A DNA stretch of 20,000 nt from Folioceros fuciformis (taxonomy: Eukaryota), in assembly GCA_049999805.1 (NCBI GenBank), contig JBNGIO010006316.1, positions 530,983-550,982 of the forward strand, read 5' to 3'. The notes beneath the pieces are model-generated. The model had not been told where the DNA came from. It worked only from the letters and a program-made list of their open reading frames with translations, and ran no database searches. This document shows positions 10,450 to 20,000 of this stretch, one piece after another (within the stretch, counting starts at the first letter, position 1; every line of letters begins with the position of its first letter). A program made the translations under genes and the position numbers.

Positions 10450-10870
10450 CCCCTCTCTCTGCTGCCCATACTCCTCCAACTTGGGCTTGCCCCTGATCTT
10501 ACTCTCCTCTTCCTCCTCTCCTTCTCGCACACTTGCACATTCGCACGCACAAGAGCTTCAAACACGCACACGCTGCCCTGCCCCCTCTGCTCTGCTCCTC
10601 TGCTCTGGTCTGCTCTGTTGCTTCTCCTCTCGTCTCCTCTCCTCTCCTCTCCTCTCGGGAAACAAAGAGAGAGAGGGAGAGAGAGAGAGTGCGAGAGTAG
10701 CCCGTTCCTTCTTCTTCCTCGTCTTCCTCCTCCCTGGCATTTGGCTTCCCTGCTCTGCGCTCTTCTTCCTTGCGCTCACCGCTGCATTTTTTGCTTCTGC
10801 GCGGCCCACCTGCTGCTGCCGCTTGCACGACTCGTGTTGCTGCTGTTTCCTCCTCCTCCTCCTCATCTTC
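10450..10870 (+). promoter_or_regulatory. CT-rich/GA-repeat leader (Y-patch, (GA)n) of the patellin gene
   Basis: Runs of CTCCT, CTCTG and CTT, plus a (GA)n tract at about 10666-10697. These are typical of plant core promoter and 5'UTR regions. Confidence 0.5.
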
Positions 10871-10940
10871 TTGGGGGGTGCTTCCCTGGGTGGGACAGGG
10901 TAGAGCTGTAGACGCAGCCGGAAGGAAAAGCCCGCAAGCC

Positions 10941-13146
10941 ATGGCCGCGGAGACCGTCCCTCCTGCCGCGGAGCTGACCCCGGAGGCCACCAAGCCCGTT
11001 GCAGGGCAGGAGACCGCGCCGGCGCCACACCCGGAACCGACCAAGCCTGACGCCGCCGCCGCCGCCGCCGTCACCGCCGCTGACGCCCCCGGTGGTGTCG
11101 ATGCCGAGCCCCCGACCGCCGTGGCTCCCGCCGGCGGGGAGGAGGTCCCCGCCGAGGCCGACAAGGAGGTGGTCGCGGTGGCCTCGCTCGACAAGGAAAT
11201 TGTGCCTCCTTTCAAGCAGGAGACCTACGTCGTCTCGGAATTGAAGGACTTCGAAAAGAAGGCGCTGGAGGAGTTCAAATTGAGGATCGAGGCCGCCATC
11301 AAGGCCAACGAGTTCGTCGTCCCCCCGCCGCCTCCTCCGCCTGCTCCCAAGGAGGAGGAGATCAAGCCGGAGGAGGATAAGGAGAAAGAGGTGAAGGCAG
11401 AAGGGGAGGGTGAGGTAGAGGTTCCCGCCAAAACAGAGGAGAAGGCTGTGGAAGCAGCTCCGGCCAAGGAGGAGCCCGCCTTGGTGGAAGTTGTAAAGNN
11501 NNNNNNNNNNNNNNNNNNNNNNNNNNNNNNNNNNNNNNNNNNNNNNNNNNNNNNNNNNNNNNNNNNNNNNNNNNNNNNNNNNNNNNNNNNNNNNNNNNCC
11601 CCCGCCCCTGCCCCTGCGCCTGCGGCTGAGGAGGCCGCTGCGTCTGCTGAACCCGTCGACAAGGAAGCCCCTGTTGCGGATGACAAGGACAAGCCAGTGG
11701 AGGCCGCGCCCGTGGAGGAACCGGTGATCGTCATCGACGAGGACATCTCGCTGTGGGGCGTGCCGCTGCTGCACACCAAGGGGGACGAGCGGACCAACGT
11801 CATCCTCCTTAAATTCCTGCGCGCCAGGGACTTTAAGGTTAAGGATGCCTTCGTCATGCTCAAAAAGACCATCATCTGGAGGAAGACGTTTAACGCGGAC
11901 GGCCTGCTGGACGAGGACTTCGGCACGGAGCTCGACACTTTCGCTTTCATGTCCGGAGTAGACAAGGACCACCACCCTGTCTGTTATAATGTCCTTAACC
12001 CTTTCAAGGATAAAAAACTCCACCAGAACGCCTTCGGCAGCCCCGAGAAGATCGAGAGCTTCATCCGTTGGAGGATCCAGGTTCTTGAGAAGGGGATCAA
12101 GCACCTCAATTTCACGCCCGAGGGCCCGCACTCTATGGTTCAGATCACCGATCTCCGCAATAGCGTCCTGGAGCTCTTTCCCTTCGGTCTCCGACCTCAG
12201 GTCAAGAAGGTTCTAAATCTGCTGCAGGACAACTACCCCGAGCTCGTGGTTCGCAAGGTACGGTTCTCACTCGCTCTCCGCCTCCGGGCGCTGTATTGCA
12301 CATAGGATCAATTCCAGCTCTCCCTGGCGCTTGGCCTTTGACAGCTCATGCCTGCTTGCTGCTGTAGATCTTCATCAACGTGCCCTGGTACTTCAGCGCG
12401 CCCTACACCCTCTTCATCAGCCCCTTCCTGACGCAGAGGACCAAGAGCAAGCTCGTGGTGGCCACCGCGGGAAAGGTCACCGAGACTTTGTTCAAGTATG
12501 CTTTTACCGCTCCTTTCTTCGCTTCCTATCCTATACGCAAGCGGCTAGTTCCAGTGTCTTGTTCCACTCTTCCTCTCTGGTGGCATCTTTGATGTGATCG
12601 TATCGTTGCCTCTTAACCAGATACATCTCTCCGGATCAAGTCCCTGTTCAGTACGGCGGCTTCAAGTCGGCCAGCGAAAGCCACTTCGATGGGCTGGAAG
12701 TGCCCATCACCGAGCTCACCATCAAGGCCGGAGCCGTGGAAACCATCGAGATTCCGTCTCCCCATCAGGTAAACTTTCCCGTCTCCGTCCTCCCCCTCTG
12801 TTACTCCGCAAGCTTTTCCACCATGCCCTCTGTGGTATCCTCTTCCGGCTGACAGTTGCTGTGCCTGCAGAAGGCAACCATCTACTGGGATGTGGTCGTG
12901 GTAGGCTGGGATGTGACCTATCTTGCAGAGTATACTCCGGTGGAAGGTTACACCACCATTGTCGAGAAGTCCAAGAAAATAAGCGCCACCGAGGGGCAGG
13001 GGCCTTTGAGCCCCAGCTTTCCTGCCCACGCACCCGGCAAGGTTGTCATCACCATCGACAACTCTGCCTCCAAGAAGAAAAAGCTGGTGGTTTACAGATA
13101 CGATGTGGTGACAACGTCCTGCGAAACAACCGAACTGGCCGGTTGA
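10941..13146 (+). CDS. PATL: Patellin (acidic Pro/Ala/Glu N-terminus, CRAL-TRIO/Sec14 domain, GOLD domain)
   Basis: GCC-ATG-G start at 10941. Exons 10941-12257 (contains the N gap 11499-11598), 12368-12495, 12621-12768 and 12871-13146, all GT-AG. Patellin motifs: FKQETYVVSELKDFEKKALEEFK, ISLWGVPLL, VILLKFLRARDFKVKDAF, LLQDNYPELV-IFINVPW, ISPFLTQRTKSK, YISPDQVPVQYGG, and GOLD WDVVVVGWDV...GKVVITIDNSASKKKKLVVYRY. Confidence 0.95.
11499..11598. other. Assembly gap (100 N) inside patellin exon 1
   Basis: 100 N in the low-complexity N-terminal region. True length is unknown. Confidence 0.99.
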
Positions 13147-14789
13147 GGGGAGGGCGGTGTAACAATGCATTGCATGCATGCAGGTCGCAGCAGCTCTTGT
13201 TGAGGGTCCCAGCAGCAGCTCCCGTCCTGTGTAGCTGCAGGTTGGGTGGCCATTTATGCTGGCACCCTGGACTGGAGTACACAGGCCACTGGCACGCATG
13301 AAGTGAAGGTCCGCCGCCCTTGCTTGCTTTTCTTGGCTTCGCTTGCGAAGAAGACGCAAGAAGGGATCGATTACTGTCCCTGGGACCCAGCCAGGCTCAT
13401 CAACGTCAGTGTGGTGCATGTCCATAGAGGTGTACATGAACTATTAATTGGCTACCGGCTCCCACCTCCACCACAATCAGTTTACATGTGTTCACGCAGG
13501 ACTTGGACTGATTGTGTAAATACTCTAGTCATGTTTAGATTTTAAGACTTTGTTGGGTTGTAGTTTAGACCATTCTTCTGTCGTCTGCACTTTTGTGTGT
13601 TCACGACCTCACTACCCCGATTTATTCTTGTGGTGTTGGCATAAATTATTTGATGACACTTCTGCCTGGGAAGGACTGAATGAACTCTTATTGGGCAGCT
13701 GTCCGCGCTGTGCTTGGCAAGCGCTTGGCATGGAAAGACGAATAAGCGTTTTTTTTTGGACTTGAGTAAGTGTCACGCTGTCCCTTGTCGGAAAGTGATG
13801 GGCTGCACGAGGAGGGGGAAAAGTTTGGCTGTTTCGACTCTACTCCCCACATATCTAGGATTATGAATTGTACCCAGACCAGAACCTTCGCTGTGGCTGG
13901 CAAGTGGGTAAATAGCGTGCTTGCTCGCACGTGTAACATATTCGGTATTGTTCCGTGAGTTTGTCTCGGGGAGCTACCAAAATCAGGAGAACAAATTTCA
14001 CCTAAATGACAGCAAGCAAATTCCAACCACAGGATGCTATGCTGCTGCAGCTGGAAGCTGTGTGATGCTTGCGGCTGTGGTGTTGCATCAGACCCCAGGT
14101 ACCCCCAATCTCGCCGCAGCCGCGCCCTGGTCTCGGTCTCAGTCCCAGTTCTCATGTCACACATCGTGTACATGCTTTAACTTAGGATGAATGACCAGGC
14201 CGCCAGCCAAGAAAGAACAGACCCCACTGCAAAGAAAATGGAGCCGGTTTTAATGAAGTTGCGGGTAAAATGTACACATACTGACTTGCCCCGACACCGC
14301 GTATGACAAGTCACAATACTGGGAGAAACTTTACGATAAGTAAACGTAGCACTATTCCTGCTCACATTTTATAGCAATTTTTAAGCTGATTTTCTACCCA
14401 TGCTTCAGGACGACACGTATTCCTTCCTATCTCCTCCAGCTGGCTGGCTAACCACAATGCACTGGAGTGCATAAAACATTTACACCTGGGGCTTTTTCTG
14501 TGGCCGAAGGGTGAGGATAAGAAAGAAACACATCATCTTACGCACCCTTCACTCCACAATTTAGTCACTCTCTTTCGGGTTGACAACAAGACGTCAATCA
14601 CCGCACCAACAAGGATGTTATATGATACATGTCAAAAACCCTTGTCCACGACCACCAACCTGAAAAGAAAAGTGCCAGTCCGTTCTTGTGCCACTGCTAA
14701 CACTTAAGAGCGGTGCACAACAACCACAACACAGAACAGAGACAGGCCTAGGAAACCAAGGTGTTAGGATAACCTGAAGGTTGAGGAAA

Positions 14790-16489
14790 TCAGCAAAGGT
14801 TTTCCCCGTGGTTGGGAAACGAGAAAGAGTAATGTGATCCTCTCGGGTGAGAAGGGACAGGGGTGGGGGACACCACCGGAGATGTTTGGGTGGCTGCAGG
14901 GATGGAAGACACAACAGGAGCAGGTGGACTTACTGTGGCTAACAAGGGAGTACTTTCAGACGGTGGCGGCTCAGCAATTCTAGAATGCGCATCTCGCTTA
15001 CACACTGGACAAAAAGGTCGCCGGGTCATAAGCCACTGATCAACACAACCTGCATGGAACTCTGTACGAACGAGACGAGAGAAACATGTCAGTACCTTCA
15101 GCAAGACAGGACTCATCCATAACAAACCCAAGGAAGAACTTCTAGGGACAAAATACCTACCATGCCGGCAAGGCAACACCCGCAATTTCTCCCCAGCTTC
15201 ATAGTCTTCTAGGCAGATAGCACAAGTCTCAGCTCCAGTGTTTGTCGTGCTGTTGAAGATGAGCGAGGGAAGTGCCTTCACCTCCCTTGAGCTCATACCC
15301 AGAGACTCTCTAGCGATTGCAGCACCGAAATTTCTCCAGCCATGGTGTCGAAGTCTATGTCGGCGGACAAAGAAAAAAGTTGCAAGCACGGCTGATACAG
15401 CCAGGAGAGAGATGAAAGACACAGCCAACACCGACCAGGCTGTGTTCTCAAAGGCTGGTGTGATGTTGCAACTCACATCCGGGTTTCCCGCATATTCCAC
15501 GAGAGCCTGTCCGGATGACTTTGAGACAAAGACAGCATGGATGTTTATACCTGCTGTATTCCCCGACACTGCATCACCATAGGCAATCAAGTAGGCCACA
15601 CATGGGGTAAGCAAGACGGTCAAGCACTTCAGAATAACCCTTCAGGAACGACACACTTTCATGAATCAAAACAACATACTGGTAAGGAGATCACGGCCGT
15701 CCACATTATTGTAGATGATGACGGCAGCAAAGCCGGCATGCTGAGCATGTCGAACCTTGGTTTCAAACGTGCAGTCTCCACGAATTATAACAACAAAAGG
15801 AAGAAGATTGTATCCTGTTTCGGAGGCATTCTGAATAACCGAGCAAGCATCAGGAGGGTCTGAGACCTGCAGCTTTCCCCAAATCCCAGAGCTCGGAATC
15901 CTTGGTGCTGAAACGCAAAAAAAAACAGTGTGTGTTAAACCTCAGACGTGTTCCATCCACGTCACNNNNNNNNNNNNNNNNNNNNNNNNNNNNNNNNNNN
16001 NNNNNNNNNNNNNNNNNNNNNNNNNNNNNNNNNNNNNNNNNNNNNNNNNNNNNNNNNNNNNNNNNGTTCCATCCACGTCACATCCATGCCCAAACGGTCG
16101 ACCATCTTCCCCCACGGCGAAGATTTCCACTCCTGCCTTCACCCAAGCAAGGGGTACTGACGGGGGCATAGCTAAGGAGGGAGTTTGAATTGATCAAAGA
16201 CAACGGAAGTCCAAACTCCGAAGGCAACCTAACCACGACACACACCGTGCCGACAACACCAATACCAGCCAAGAACCGGATGTGACGCCTCACCGAAACT
16301 GGCCTCCATATCGGGGAAGGTCCAAGTCTCGTTCGCAGTAGAGACAAGCAAGATTGACGCATTGGCTCTCCCCTTGAAGAGCGTGAGGATAACAAGAACA
16401 AGACCTGCCAAGGTGATCATAATTTCCCTTCGATTAAACCGGGCGCCCCGGGTGGCAGGTTCCGGAGCCTCGCCAAGTGGGGGCGGCAT
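14790..16489 (-). CDS. RMR: RMR-type receptor homology region, transmembrane, RING-H2 protein (PA domain vacuolar sorting receptor/E3 ligase)
   Basis: Exons 16489-16294, 15907-15680, 15568-15161 and 15061-14790 join in phase. They encode a signal-like segment (IMITLAGLVLVILTLF), FPDMEASF/APRIPSSG...PPDACS, PA domain IIRGDCTFETKVRHAQHAGFAAVIIYNN, MSGN..IHAVFVSK, TM segment WSVLAVSFISLLAVSAVLATFFFVRRHR, RING-H2 CAICLEDY..LPCRH/EFHAGCVDQWL..CPVCK, and SESTPLL. The exact start Met is uncertain. Confidence 0.93.
15966..16065. other. Assembly gap (100 N) in RMR intron 1, flanked by an identical 16-mer
   Basis: gttccatccacgtcac at 15950-15965 and again at 16066-16081. Confidence 0.97.
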
Positions 16490-16937
16490 GCTAGAACCGG
16501 GTCACGACTCAAGCCCCGAGGTGCAACAGCAGCCAGAATGCTGATCTAGCCATAAAATTTCAGCTTCCCTGCATTGCTCCACCAGCCAAGCTGTTCACTC
16601 TGCTGCTGCATACACAAGAATTCCAATCTGGTGCAACAATTGGCCCGCCTGCCCCCTAGGGGAGGGTAAGCAGATGGCAGATCCGCGTCCGCCCCCCGTT
16701 CTGCCGCGCGGGCGAAGATGAGGTGGAAAAGGGCAACGATTCCGCCAACCCGCCGCTATGGGCGAGGCAGGGCTTCGAGGACTGTTTATGCTCGGCCCCG
16801 AACCCGGCGGCAACCCCCACGCTCCAACCTTCCTCCTCTTCCTCCGAGCCTGTTGAACTTTAGGCTGCTTATGTCCAACTATATCTCCGCTAACCCCTTC
16901 AACATGACACATGCATGTGCCATACCCCTGTAATTTT

Positions 16938-17291
16938 ATGGCAGATATTGTTCAGCCGAATCCGGCAGCTGCTGGCACCAGCATGGTCCCGTCCTCCGAC
17001 CAGTTGGCCTCAGCCGCGTCCACCTCACCACCTATCCCGACACAATTTCACAAAGTCTTCCTCTGGCTTTGGGTGGATGGGTTTCTCCATCTCATCTTGT
17101 ACAAAAACGCTTCCTTTGCGAGACACAAGATTAAAAATATGTCAAAACATGAAATTGATCCATCCTTGGTACCCAAAGTCCGCTACTCCGAGCTTCTCCT
17201 TCTGGCTTTCAAAGAGGCTGTCGGTGGCCCTCGTGTTATAGAATACCGCTCGTGCTTCCCCTACGTGGTCAGCACGGCCAATCTTTCATGA
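16938..17291 (+). CDS. Hypothetical intronless ORF (117 aa), unknown function, possibly TE-associated
   Basis: ATG-initiated ORF MADIVQPNP...ANLS* with a low-complexity N-terminus and a mixed hydrophobic/charged C-terminal half. No motif recognised. Confidence 0.25.
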   Translation: MADIVQPNPAAAGTSMVPSSDQLASAASTSPPIPTQFHKVFLWLWVDGFLHLILYKNASFARHKIKNMSKHEIDPSLVPKVRYSELLLLAFKEAVGGPRVIEYRSCFPYVVSTANLS

Positions 17292-17440
17292 ATGTCAAAA
17301 ACAAACTAGGATGGCTTAGTAGCCAACAATATCAGACCAGAGAGCCATCCTGATGGAGAAGCATCATACTAGAGGCTAGCTTGCACTGCAATGCAAGTAA
17401 GGAGGAGAGTAGATTGAAGAGAGGATTGGGATGCAAATCA

Positions 17441-18075
17441 AGAGCAGGAGGACATTAAGGAGAGTCCAACCTAGGTGAATGACTCTACCGAGCAAGAGGA
17501 CATTAAAGAGAGTCCAACCTGGGTGAATGAGGAGGACATTAAGGAGAGTCCAACTTGGGTGAATGAGGAGGACATTAAGGAGGGTCCAACCTAGGTGAAT
17601 GAATCTACCGAGCAAGAGGACATTAAGGAGAGTCCAACCTAGGTGAATGGCTCTATCAAGGAGCAGAGGACATAAAGGAGAGTCATTAAGGAGAGTCCAA
17701 CCTAGGTGAATGGCTCTATCAAGGAGCAGCAGGACATTAAGGAGAGTCCAACCTAGGTGAATGGCTCTATCAAGGAGCAGGAGGACATTAAGGAGAGTCC
17801 AACCTAGGTGAATGGCTCTATCAAGGAGCAGGAGGACATTAAGGAGAGTCCAACCTAGGTGAATGGCTCTATCAAGGAGCAGGAGGACATTAAGGAGAGT
17901 CCAACCTAGGTGAATGGCTCTATCAAGGANNNNNNNNNNNNNNNNNNNNNNNNNNNNNNNNNNNNNNNNNNNNNNNNNNNNNNNNNNNNNNNNNNNNNNN
18001 NNNNNNNNNNNNNNNNNNNNNNNNNNNNNGCAGGAGGACATTAAGGAGAGTCCAACCTAGATAAATGGCTCTACC
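17441..18075. repeat. Minisatellite, consensus 51 bp (aggagcaggaggacattaaggagagtccaacctaggtgaatggctctatca), about 12 visible units, interrupted by an N gap at 17930-18029
   Basis: The core gacatt recurs at 17451, 17499, 17535, 17571, 17619, (17669 and 17682 as variants), 17733, 17784, 17835, 17886 and 18037. Confidence 0.97.
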
Positions 18076-18623
18076 CTTCTCACAGCATCCTTCTCGCGGC
18101 AAAGGAAGAAGGCCTAATAATTTATGTCCTTCAAAGGAGGCCTGGTTTACTCATTATCACTAGTTAGCATGAAGGTTGTTGCTAGTAGAGGAAGGAAGGA
18201 GCTCGTCAAACGTGAATAATGATGTGATTTGAGTATAAAATAATGTAAATCTAATTAGTAAATTATAATGATATAGATTCATTGATATAAAGATAATCAC
18301 TATACTTATTGTATATATGCTTAGGAGAATTCGGAAACTTTATCGAACTCATAGATTTTAAAGATATTTGGTATGTTTTGAAAATATAAATTACCGAGGT
18401 AAGTGCATAGAATTAAAGCTTGATATGAGAAATTCAAGTATTTAATAGCTACGCATCTTGAGATAGGTACCTACCTACTGTCTAGATTCCAATTTCCAAA
18501 TATGGTGGCGAGTGTCGGGAACAGAGGACACTACAGAACGGGGGCAAGCGAAATGTTTTGTCCCGGGGCTCCATGTTCCACAAGCTGGTCTAGCACAATT
18601 GAGACTCCAAACTAGGACACGGC

Positions 18624-20000
<1,377 letters not shown>

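Noticed and set aside
9399-10911. Several overlapping 140-240 aa ORFs on both strands
   Set aside because: GC-rich, microsatellite-rich promoter/leader DNA that lacks stops by composition. The translations are low complexity.
10770-10940. N-terminal extension of patellin given in the ORF track
   Set aside because: It starts at a non-ATG codon in CT-rich leader sequence. The ATG at 10941 has strong context.
10499-12131. Long minus-strand ORFs (422, 246 and 238 aa)
   Set aside because: Antisense shadows of the GC3-rich patellin exon and its low-complexity leader, with no motifs.
12594-13437. 235 aa (+) and 274 aa (-) ORFs
   Set aside because: Off-frame or antisense to patellin exons 3-4.
15941-16171. 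Extra RMR exon (AMPPSVPLAW...)
   Set aside because: Exon 1 splices directly to 15907 to give the conserved ASF/APRIP sequence. Inclusion appears to shift the frame, and the segment spans a gap.
17441-18075. CRISPR-like array (constant ~30 bp core with variable intervening sequence)
   Set aside because: The intervening segments are short, related or identical to one another rather than unique spacers. There are no cas genes, and the context is eukaryotic.

Overview
Eukaryotic, gene-dense plant nuclear DNA with many short (about 75-130 nt) spliceosomal introns and three 100-N assembly gaps. The gene content and style suggest a non-seed land plant such as a hornwort or other bryophyte (inference only). 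Five protein-coding genes can be reconstructed by hand-splicing: (1) a 5'-truncated DOT1-like SAM-dependent methyltransferase (+, to 1194); (2) a ~18-exon kinesin-1 of the plant KIN1/PSS1 type (-, 4724 to 1238); (3) a patellin (Sec14+GOLD; +, 10941-13146); (4) an RMR-type PA-TM-RING-H2 vacuolar sorting receptor (-, 16489 to 14790); (5) a 5'-truncated beta-tubulin (-, to 18624). Between them are a ~6 kb gene-poor stretch with strand-skewed, probably transposon-derived DNA and small tandem duplications, an orphan ORF, and a frame-preserving 36-51 bp minisatellite. The most notable signals are the DOT1-family enzyme in a plant; a final kinesin exon missing from the ORF track that carries an IAK-like autoinhibitory motif (QIVRPLRAG); and an axonemal-type EGEFEEE tubulin tail. 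No prokaryotic-type system such as CRISPR is supported.
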